Shown here: piece by piece, positions 47,002 to 57,836 of the stretch | Layout: every line of letters starts with the position of its first letter | Position numbering within the stretch: the first letter of the stretch is position 1 | Assembly (NCBI RefSeq): GCF_016432865.1 | Contig: NC_067399.1 | Coordinates: 515,096,001 to 515,160,000, forward strand | Length of the DNA stretch: 64,000 bases | Direction: 5' to 3' | Source of the DNA: Antechinus flavipes | Lineage: Eukaryota | Position numbers and translations under genes: made by a program | Notes under the pieces: model-generated | The model's database searches: none | Seen by the model: only the letters and a program-made list of their open reading frames with translations | Told to the model about the DNA's origin: nothing

Positions 47002-50000
47002 ATGGCATCTGGCCGGGCTAGATATACGCGAAAACTTCGGAACTGGATCGTGGAGCAGGTGGAAAGTGGGAAGTTCTCAGGAGTCTGCTGGGAAGATGCA
47101 GACAAGACCATGTTCCGCATCCCCTGGAAGCACGCAGGCAAGCAGGATTTCAGAGAAGAACAGGATGCTGCCCTCTTCAAGGTACAAGACCCCTTTCCAA
47201 GCCCCACACAACTGAGGGTCCTGACCTGGGCACGGAGACCTTCCTTTCCAAAGACCTGAAAGACTTAGACATTCTCTTTTCTGAAGAATCTGGAAACAGG
47301 CTTTTCTGAGTGTTAGGGACACCTGGAAATTGCCTTTTTTGACAATTGGGTGGTGGGAAGCCTGAGTATTTTCCATATTGATTATGTTCTACTTAAGGGG
47401 GTGGATCTGTTAAATGGTTAAATGTTATCAAGTTGATGGGGACCGCGGTGATCATACCCATTCCCTCCCTCCCTTCTAAAGGCATGGGCAATATTCAAAG
47501 GGAAATATCGAGAAGGAGACCAAGCAGACCCTGCAGCTTGGAAGACCCGCCTTCGATGTGCCCTCAACAAGAGCCCTGAGTTCGAGGAGGTCCCAGAGCA
47601 AGGCCACATGGAGGGGTCTGAGCCCTACAAGGTGTACCGGCTCCTGCCTCCTGGCACTCTTCCTGGTGACTACTGCCCTCCATGCTCCCTAGCTCCCATT
47701 CTTGGAAGCAGTATAAGAGGTGGGTGGGTGGGAAGCATCTGGGGAGGGTTCCTTTTTCCCAGCACAGAGCTTTCAGGAAATTATGAGAGTTACATTTTTT
47801 ATAGCAGTTAGGTTTACAAAGTACTTTACTCCCTGTGAGGTGAGTAATGTAAATAGCCTTTGTTCATCTTATAGGGGAGGAAACCGAATCTCAGAAAGGT
47901 GGAAGGGGCCTGCAGAGCCACTCCCAGACCTCCCATCTTGGTATTTTTTGCTCTTTGCAGATCCATCCTTAACCCTCTCTCCAGGTCCTGACTCCTTCGG
48001 GGCTTCCACAGCCCCACAAAGGACCCAGAAACTTCAGCGAAAGCGAAACCACAGTTTATTGTCCTCAGAGGAAGATAATGTAGAGAATAAACAGAGTTGT
48101 ATTCTTATCGAGCCCTCTCTGAAGAACTCCCCTGGGATCATGGTGAGTCCTAAGGGGTGGCTATAAGGGAGGGCATGAGCTTGGCAGCCCAGGTTTGAAT
48201 CATAGGTTTTGGGGGAAGGAATATTCGTTACTGATTGAGCCATTCTTTGACCTTAGGTACCAAGTGAGGGACCCAGCAGCAGCTTTCAGCACATGGACGA
48301 TTCTGGTATTGGGAGCAACAGCAACAGTCCTGAATCCTGTGAAGGTAGTTTCCCTGCCCCTTTCCTCCTTCCAACCAAGACAGACCTTCTAGGGCCATAC
48401 CACCCTGAACTCACCTGATCTCCTCTGATACACTTTGTCCTGACAGCCTGAGAGATCTTTGGAAAGTCATTAATCTCTATGATCTGTAAAATGAGAGTCC
48501 TAGGTTATGTGACCTCTGAATGTCCTTCTAGCCCTAAATCTTGATCCCATCACCTTAATGAAATTTCCACTTGGCCCTTAGGTTGATTTTTCCTGCCTTC
48601 TTACTGGAACTTTCTCTCCTTTTCTTATATATTTGCTGATTCTACTGATGTCACTTTATAAGATGATCCAGAAATTCTCCAGTTTCTTCCCCTTTCAGAT
48701 GCAGGTAAGTAGACTCTAGATCCATGGCCTTTCTTTTCTATGATCCATCCCTACTCTCCTTGTTTTGATCTGTTGTGTTTTTTTTTTTTAGAGCTCTTTT
48801 GTGTTCTACCTTCTAACCTTTCCTTTGGGACATCTCTGAAGCCAGAAGCAAGTGATTCCCTGAGTGATTTTGATTGAGGTTTCTGAGAAGGTCTTTCTGC
48901 TTTATTGAACAATTTCTGAGTGATAAACAATGCCCAGGGAAGGAGTGTTGAGAAAAAGAAGGAAAATTTCTTGAGAAACATTAAGGGATCTGAAAGAGAT
49001 AATCAACAAAGAAGACTAGCTAGTATTTATTAAGGACCTTCTGTGTTCAGATACTGTGCTAAAACATTCCCTGCTCTCAAGGAATTCACAATTTTCTGTG
49101 GGAGATAATATGCAAAGAACTATGTGCAAACAAGATATATTCAGGATATGTTGGGGGTGGTTTCATGAAAGGTGCTAAGAGTAAGGAAAATGGGGAAAGA
49201 TGTCACTCAGAAGTTGGAACATAAACTAAGACTTGAAAAAAGCCAGGCAAGCCACAAGGTAGAGAAAGGAGAGAAGAATGTTCCTGCCATGGAGAACAAG
49301 CAGTGAAAATACTTGGAGTTTGGATATGGAGTACCTTCTGCATGGAATAGTAAAGTGGCTAGTCATACTAGATAGAGAGTAGTTGGAGGAGAATAACATA
49401 TAAGGAGACCAGAGAGATAAGAAGGATTTCCAAAGCCAAACAAGTTTAAATTTGGTATTCAACCAATAGACAACTATGAAAGTTGAATAGGAGGATCACA
49501 TGGGCAAATCTTTCCTTCAAGAAGATCAATTTGACAATTGAGTGGGAGATTGATTGGATTGGAGAGAGAGTTGAGACAAGAAGACCAACTAGCAGGTACT
49601 GAAATAGTCCAGGAACGAGATAATGAGAGGCTGGACTAGCATAGGGGTGGTGCCAGAGGAAAGAAAGGGTATATGGGATATGACAAATGTTATGAAAGTC
49701 AAATTGACAGGGCCTGGCAACTGATGAGATATGGGATGTAAAAGGGTGAAATGTTAAGGATGTCACATAGGTTGTAAGTCTGGTGACTGGGAGGATGGTG
49801 GTACCCCTACCCTACTTCCTAATAAGTTAGGAAGACAGGAGGGTTTTGGAGAAAAGATAACAAGTTCAGTTTTAACTATGTTGTCTACATATCTACAGCA
49901 TGTCCAGTTTGAGTTGTTGAAGGTTAGAAATGTTGAGCATAGGAGACTGGAGGTTGTGAGAGAGGTTAATTCTAGACATGTAAATCTGAGAGTTATCTGC

Positions 50001-53000
50001 AGAGAAATAATTGAATACTTGGAGTAACACCCAGTTAAGGAAACAGGAATGGTCAGATGGTGGAAGAACCAGATAAGAGTGATGTATCGAGTAGGAGAGA
50101 GTGCCTTCTCCTACCAAGACTGCCAAGACTTCCAAGAAGGAAGAGGACAGAAAAAAGACCATTGGATTTGGCAGCTAAGAGGTCATTAGTAGCTTTGGAG
50201 AGAGCAGTTTTGGGTGGAATGATAAGGTCATAAGCCAGAGTGGAAAATTAAGAAGAATCATAAAAAAAGAAGTGGCGACACCTCTTGTAGACATCCTTCT
50301 CAATAAGTTTAGCCATAAAAGGGAAGAGGAAATATTGCACAATAACTAATGAAAATGGATGGATCAGGTGAGGGTTTTTTGAGAATGAGGGAGATGTGGG
50401 AATGTTTGTAGGCAGTAAGGAAGCAGATAGGAAGAGACTGAAGGCAAATGAGAGTAGGCATGAAAAAGGGGGGCACATATTACAGAAGATGGGAACAATA
50501 AGATCATTTGTACAAGTTTGCTTTCATAAGGAGAAGTCCCATTTCTTTAGATGAGATAGGAATGAAAGAGTAGCAGAAGACATCTATGTGATGCAAGAAA
50601 AGGAATTGGGAGAAGAGAAAGCTTTCTGTAAATAGCCTCAATATTTTACTGATATGTAAGGCAAGGTTGTCAGCTGAACTGAGAGAACTGGTGGAGGGGC
50701 TTCCATAGGAGGTAGGTCTCTTAAGAGAAGACTAGGTAAAAGGAGGTAAGTGTTCTGGTTGCTCCTTGGAATTGGACATTTTAGAAATGAAAGGGAACAT
50801 TACTCCCTAATTTGATAGAGCAGAAAAGCAAAGATAAGAAAAGTGAGTTGATTTGTCCTAGGTCATATAGCTATCAGGGTTAGGACTGGAAACACAGATT
50901 ACCTAACTTCCATTTGGTTCACTTTCATTACTCCCTTATCCCAGGAGCCACCTGCTAGTGACTGCTGAGATCTAATTCTGACTAGCAGAATAGATCATAT
51001 CATGTGAGAGGATGATGATACAAGGAGACTGAGAAGCAGTTGCAGTGAAGGTCTCTTGACCTCTTACCTCTGATTTATATCTTTTCTAAGCACAGCAAGG
51101 TTATTGTTGTTTAAAGAAAAGCATATATTCTTTCTCAAGCAATATCTGCATCAGTAAATTTGTTTTATGACCTTCAGACAGATATTTCTGACTCTGGGTT
51201 ATGTTGGTCATTCCTTGGGCTTGTTAGCTTTACTTCAAAGAGTAAGATAAATATATGTATTAACAAAACATTCCTTTAGTCTCTCCAGTGTGCTGTGTTT
51301 CCCAGCTGTGGGGGCTGGAGAACTGCCCCGCTCCAATGGTGCAGTCCCCTTTGACATATTTACAGGCTTTGTGGGTTCCACACTTAAGTGTAGTCCTCAA
51401 CTCATCCTTGTCTTCAGCTAAGCTCTCAGTGCAGATAATACAGCCATCTGTTTTGGCCCATTCACTTTCCTGAATTCCAGTTTCCAGATCCTTCTGCCTG
51501 TTGGACTTCTCCCCCTTAATATCCCACTGGTGTTTTAAATTCCACACTCAGCATGTCTAAAACTAAAGTTTTCTTTATTCTGCACACACTCATTTTCTAT
51601 CTCAACTACTCTATTTTGGTATCACTTTATTGGGATTATTTTTTACTTTCCTCTCCCTCTCAGCTTCTATATCTAATCATTTGCCAAGTGCTGTTGACTC
51701 CACTTTGACGGCCTCTCTCACATCTGTTATCTTCTTATTCCAACTGCTACTATTCCTCATTACCATCCATATGAACATATGCAATAGGCTTCTGATAAGT
51801 TTCCCTGACTCTGCCTCCTTCTTCCAACCCTTTTCTTCATATCTTGACCAGAACAGGCATTCTTGAGATCTTCAATCGTTCTTTGCTGAACTAAGTAAAG
51901 TTTACATTTCAGGGCTGGGTATTCATCTCACTCCTTCCACAGTCTGACACACCCCACTTCCAGACTTACTAAACATCTCTCTCTCTTCCTTGTAGTCTAT
52001 TCTCTGGCCAACAGGGAATATTCTGCCTCATGCTCTACCAACTTGGTTCTTTGTTTGTGGTATTTCCTCCTAAGTCCCACTATCTCTTAGCCCCTGTGCT
52101 AAGAGTTCCTGCCTATCTATTAAAACCCAATTCAGATGCCATATCTTCAAGGAAATCCTTCTTCCTTCCCCAGTAGGTAAAGTTTTTCCCCTTCTGACCA
52201 CTTAGCATTTTGCATCTTTCTAATGCACTTATAACCCAGAACTATATATTATACTTTTATATATTTGTGTCTCATCTCCCCAAAGACTATGAGAGCAAAG
52301 AACATGTCCTAGCTAAGCTTTTTCCACCCAAAGTTTCTAATGCACTATTCTGCACAAGGTATGTGTTTGAGGATAGCTGAGTACTTATCCAACTCCAAAA
52401 TGCTGTAGAATTTGAAGTTATTATTGGTATTTTATCCAAAATGCTGTAGAATTTGAAGTTATTATTGGCATTTTATAAGTTTCTTGAATGAACAAATGGT
52501 CAAATTACTGAACCTCTTCAGCCTTCCTTACTATAAAATGAGGAGGTTAGACTAGGTAATCTTTTTCAATTTTAGTGCCCTAGTGTGTTGTTTAGTGTGA
52601 TGTATCTTTTTTTCCCCTCTCTCTAGATTACTCCCTTTTGCTCACCTTTCACTACGGTGGACATTTGGTCGGAAAGACTGAGGTGAATAGTCCTGACTTC
52701 CGACTTGTAGCCAAATCTTCAGGATCCCAGAGTACCATGGAGCAAGTGGTGCTCCCTTCTGCCAGTGTACTTTCTGATTCAACCCTCCAGGTGTCCACAG
52801 AGCACCTCCTGAACCTCTTTGATCGTGGAATCTTAGTAGCTAGCAATGCCCGTGGTCTCTTCGTGCAGCGCCTCTGTACCATCCCCATTTCCTGGACTGG
52901 GCCCTGCACTCCATCTGGGCCTGGACCCCATCTGCTACAGGACAAAATATGCGTAGAAGTGTTTAATCCTGCCAAATTCTTCCAAGGTGAGGACTGTTCC

Positions 53001-53677
53001 ACTCCAACCCAGCCTTACCTCAAGGACCCTAACCACTACCTCCTCATCTTGGGAGTGTCCCAATTTTTAGAATCCTGCTCTTTCCCTGTTATCAATGCTG
53101 CGGTTGTCCTGAGCCCCTGGGTCTGTGACTCCTGCCATCCTGAGTTCCTTCGTTCCCCTGCTTCTTCCCCAGTCTAGACATCATTCCTGTGAGACTCTGG
53201 GTGAATAGGGGGTCATGTTGCCTCTTGTTCTGTGTATTTTCCTTCCTCTGATTCCTGCCCATCATCTCCTCTCTTTTCCTTCCTTATTTTCTTTCCTTTT
53301 GTCTTTATCTCCTTTTTCTCCTTGCATGATTTTACTCTTCTCCCACACCTTCTCACCCTCTTGTTCTCCACTGCTTCCTCTCCCAAATTTCTTTCTCTCT
53401 CTCCTTTAGACTTATCTCGATACCACAAGGGCCTGGCCCCACCCCCTGAGTTCCAGGTGACCCTGAATTTTTTGGATGAGCACTCTGGTTCTGGATATAC
53501 TCATAAGAATCTCATCACAGTCCAGGTAGAATCATTATCTGGGATTGGCTGGAGTCTCTGGGATGAGGGGGGGATTCTTCCAGAATGAATGAAGAATTGA
53601 CTCACTGATGTCTGCTCTTCCTGGCACAGATGGAGCAGGCCTTTGTCCGAAACCTACAGAAAATTGGACTTGTATAA
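47002..53677 (+). CDS. IRF9: Interferon regulatory factor 9 (ISGF3-gamma), ~382-399 aa depending on acceptor choice
   Basis: Exons 47002-47181, 47482-47665, (47961/47985/48012)-48142, 48257-48344, 48663-48704 (inferred), 52627-52986, 53410-53525, 53630-53677. Five-Trp DNA-binding domain (LRNW...CWED...IPWKHAGKQDF...AWA...AWKTRLRCALNKS) and IAD (RGILVASNARGLFVQRLC). AATAAA at 53916-53921. Confidence 0.92.
49010..50760 (-). mobile_element. L2-like LINE fragments (antisense) in IRF9 intron 6
   Basis: gtatttattaaggaccttctgtgttcagatactgtgcta...ctgctctcaaggaattcacaat is the reverse of the L2 3' end, followed by L2 body sequence. Confidence 0.65.
51460..52495 (+). mobile_element. L2-like LINE fragments (sense) in IRF9 intron 6
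   Basis: cactcagcatgtctaaaactaaa...caataggcttctg...ttgaatgaac; a local 41-bp tandem duplication at ~52394-52475. Confidence 0.55.
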
Positions 53678-54015
53678 GGGGAAGTGTTCTGTCCCCTTGG
53701 CATCTGTTACACTGGTCTTCGTCTTCCTTTCCTTTAACTTTTGAGGGGCATGCTGTTCATTGTATGTCCTTCTAGTTCATGTTGGTGCCTTCTGTGAGTT
53801 GTATCACTATGCTTGGGTCAAAGAGGGAAAGTGCCTGAAAAATCCTAACAGCTTAAATTCAGAGCACCCTTCAATTCTAAGCCCTAAAAATAACTTTAGA
53901 TTCACTAAATTTTTGAATAAAGTTTTGTTGAAAATGAAATTATCTGAATTATTGGGAGACTGATATATCAGTATGGTCATTGCAGAGTCATTAAAGAAAG
54001 CATCTTATCACTTAA

Positions 54016-54240
54016 ACCAGGGGTTTTTAACCTGGATCCCAAGGAGGAGAGATATCAGATGTTTAATTAACTTGAAACTTTTAAAATATTTTGATCATTG
54101 TATTTTAATAGAAGTGGGTTCCTTTGTAGTTCTATTTTATTTTTGTGCATTTAAAAACATTAGGAAAAAAAAATTAGAGAAGGGCCTATAGGCTTCAGTG
54201 GACACCAAAAGAGACACATACAAAAGGGTTAGGAACCCTT
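54016..54240. mobile_element. hAT-Charlie-type MITE
   Basis: TIR-like caggggtttttaacct / gggttaggaacccttg. Confidence 0.55.
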
Positions 54241-54439
54241 GATCTTGTTTTGGGGGTATTAGAAAACATGGATTCTCTTCCTGGTCACACCTTCCCCTCA
54301 CCCCAATCACTTCTCATGTTTCTATTCCCAGAAGCCCTTGACCTGTACAGTCCAATAAAGACCAAGGTGGGAAGGTCTACTTAGATGAGCAAGATAAGTT
54401 TTAGAAGCAAAGATGGGTATGCAGGTCTTCTGTAAGAGG

Positions 54440-55340
54440 CAATTAGTCAATAAAGTTTCTGTTCTGTGTAAATTGCTAGGGGTTTTTTAAAAAGGCAAGA
54501 GACAGTTCTTGTTCTAAAGGAGCTCACAACCAAATAGGGGAGTCAGTATGCAAACAGCTGTGAATTAAGAAGCTACATATGGGATAAATTAAATATAATC
54601 AGAATAAGGAAGGATTAGAGTGAAGGAGAATCAAGAAAGGCTTCTTGTTGAAGGGATTTTAGCCCGACATGAGGGAAGCCAGAAAGCAGAGATGGAGGAA
54701 GGTAATTGCAGGAATGGGCAGACAGCCGGTGAAAATGTCTAAGTTAGGAAATAAAACATCTTGTGCAAGAAATAAGAACAAGGAGGTCAGTATCACTGGC
54801 TCACAGAGTATATAGAAAAATGTAATGTACAAGAGAACTGGAAAGGTAGAAAGGGCTTTCAATATCAAATGGAATTTTATATTTGCTCCTCGAGGTGATA
54901 GGGAGCCCACTGGAGTGTACTAATGGGTGGGGAGGAGTGACGCGGCCAGGATCGCTTTTTAGGAAGGCAGCCGGGTGGAGAGGGGATGGGAACGGTGGAA
55001 GACTTGGGGCCAGGAGGAGCATCAGCAGGCTATGGCTATGGTCCGTGTCTTACCCCAGCAAGGTGCCCAGGACCGGCACCAGGGGATGGCAGGGTCTGAG
55101 ATGGGAAGAGATGGCAGAATCAACAGGTCTTGGGTAAGGGCGAGGAGACAAGGAGGACACCTACACTTTGAGCCTGTGTGACTGGGAGGATAGTGGGTAG
55201 AAGTTAGGAAGAACAGGGAGTTTGGAGGAAAAGATAATAATTTAGGAAGCTGAATGTAAGATGTCTCCGGAGCATCAAGGCAAGCTATCCGACAGGCGGT
55301 GGGAGATGCAAGACTGGAGGTCCCGAGGGAGCTGGGGCTG
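54440..55340 (-). mobile_element. L2-like LINE fragment, CpG-enriched in its distal half
   Basis: Co-linear with the 49.0-50.0 kb copy (aaggagctcaca...atgcaaaca; gtgactgggaggat...aagttaggaaga...ggagaaaagataa). Confidence 0.6.
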
Positions 55341-55539
55341 GGGATGAAATCACAAAGATGGGCCGCCCGTGAAGGGCGAGGAAGGGCGGGCTGTGTGCCG
55401 GAGCTGGTTGTCACGGGTTGGTAATGCTGAATAGCTTTTTGCTCGTTCTGTTACAGAACTCATTCTGTGGAGGTGGGAGGAATGTTTGGAAATGAAAGTG
55501 ATGTAGCCATAAAAGATCGATTAAAACTTAAGAGGGGAG

Positions 55540-57300
55540 GAGAAAAAGGTGGAGCGTCTCGCGTGGAGAGAGAGAGAAAGGCATCGATGATGCGACAGCT
55601 CACGCGCTATCTTCTCTAAGTCTCGAGAATACGAGACCTAGTGCAGAATTATTCCCGCCCCGGCGCAGGGAGTCATTCCGCACGCCTATTGGCCAGGCAG
55701 GACTCTTCCCAAAAGACTGTCTCTAGGCGTTGGGAGCGGAGGGGAAAGGGGGAAAGGAGGAATGCCGGGGCAGAAGCTGATTGGTTAGCCCACATAATTC
55801 GGTCCTCTCGAGGTCCTCTCCAGGGCTACCGAACGCAGGCGACACAAATTTTGTGCAGAGATTGCAGGCGAAGATAGGGTTTAATATATATCACTGGAGA
55901 GAACACCCACGAGGATGAAGTCACAGATAAATTGGAAGATGAGAGTACAGATAGATTTTTTTAAGGCAATTGGGATTAAGTGAGTTGCCCAGGGTGACAC
56001 AGCTAGTAAGCCTTAAGTGTTTGAGGTTTGAATTCAGATCCTCCTGTACTCCAGCGCCAGTACTCTATACATTACACTATCTAGTTATCCCTCAGATAGA
56101 TGTTACATAAATTGGCATACCTATTTTCACACGGCAGGAATGAGGTGAAATTCTGTGTGAGTTTCTCTCTCTTTTCTGACCCATCCCATTGACCTTGCAA
56201 TCATCCTCATGTCAGTCACATTCTTTACTCCTATTAGCATATTCATTTGGCTCTTTATTATTACTTTGTTTCATTTCTACCTCAATTTAAGAAAGTTATC
56301 AACCACTTGACAGCACAAAAGGATTATTCAAAGGTCAAGATTTATTGTGACTAGGATGAGTAGAACACCCACCGTGGTGGGTTACATTATGCTAGATTCT
56401 ACAGAGTCTCTACTGGAGAAGCTTTTCGGGGCCTGATCTCTTAATTTTTAAAATCCCGAGTAGATACCGGCATTGTCCATTTATATAGATAGGACTTTGT
56501 GGTCATGTTTGCAGAAAATATGCTTTTCTGCCCCCAACTAGATTGTAAGTTTCTTGAGGACAGGCCAAGGTATTGTATCTCTGGAACCTAATAAATTTAG
56601 CTCTTTATAAATGCTTTTTTTGATGGGTGAATGGACGACTATTCTCAGTGCCCCACATGGATTACTGAACACTGCGCGGGATTCTCAGTAATTATTTTAA
56701 AAATTTCTGGCGTGAGGGAATGGAAGGGCACAAAGGTGAGTCTCAGGGGCCAACCAAGGATGTCATCCAATAGTCGTTCGTTTCTCTATTGGCTGAGGTC
56801 ATTGCGCACGCTTATTGGTCAGTTGTGCCCCCCCCCCCAAGACTGGAACGTACTGTCACTAGGCGTTGGGAATGAGACGGGGGCGGGGGCCAAGAGAGGG
56901 GAGGGGGGCGAAGGAAGGGAGGATGAATGCAAAAACAAAAGATGATTGGTCAACCCACTTAATTCCGTCGTCCCGAGAAGCATTTCTGATTTGTCACCAC
57001 GCTGCACCCAGGGCAGCCGACCCCGGACAGCTGCCGGGAGGCTGAGGTTCAGATCTAGAAGCTCCAGGAGAAGCGAACGCTGCCTCTTGGCATCTGTACC
57101 TGATTGGCCGTTCCCAGGAGGGCCATCATCCAATCAGAAAGGGTCGAAGAAGGAGCGAGCTCCCCGCTGCAGTCGGCATCTATCTATAGGGGACAAGCGG
57201 TCCAAGGGACTCTCGCTGCGAAAGTCTCCCTACGCCGTGCCCTCGCCCCCGCCCCCGGACACCCAAACCCCACAGCTCGGAGACCCGGAGAAGAGTTGGT
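55540..57300 (+). promoter_or_regulatory. REC8 promoter region with multiple CCAAT (NF-Y) boxes
   Basis: CCAAT/ATTGG at 55688, 55780, 56767, 56788, 56814, 56945, 57103 and 57130, in two CpG-rich clusters. Confidence 0.6.
55957..56092 (-). mobile_element. WSINE1-type SINE
   Basis: Antisense; TSD cagatagat at 55948-55956 and 56093-56101. Confidence 0.8.
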
Positions 57301-57836
57301 GATTAGGGGTAGGGGATCAGCCTTCCTCTTGAGCCTGGGTAGCAACAGGTGGCACACAGGACTTTCCGATTCCCATCTTGGGGCTGTCCTGCCCCACGCA
57401 GAATCCCCCCACGGGGCAGCATTTCCCAGCCAAAGTCCCCTTGGGGGTCCGGAGTGACCGGCCGGAAGCTGGGTTGGGGCACTGCCACTCCTGACTTCCT
57501 CTCCCAGGGGTGTGGGGAGCCACCTCCCGGACCTCTGGAAGACAGCCGCTTCTCAGTAAATTATCCATCTCACCTTTCTCCCTACAGTTATGTCTATGGG
57601 TCTGTAGACAGATTATCCATCTATTCGCAGTTCTGTTTCTCTAGTTAAATCTGTCTCTTGATAAATCTCTCTCTGTTCACATACCCATTTGTCTACTTGT
57701 AAGCCCAAACCTTTACTGACTTAGTGGAGAGAGCCTCCCTTACGACTCATCGCTACTGAGGATCCAGCGAACAGCCCCTTAAAGGGTTTAGATTACAGGT
57801 TCAGAAAGGTGGGGCACGGAAGACTGGAAAGTGAAG

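Noticed and set aside
53213-53588. Hydrophobic and Lys/Arg-rich ORFs
   Set aside because: Translations of the CT-rich polypyrimidine stretch of IRF9 intron 7.
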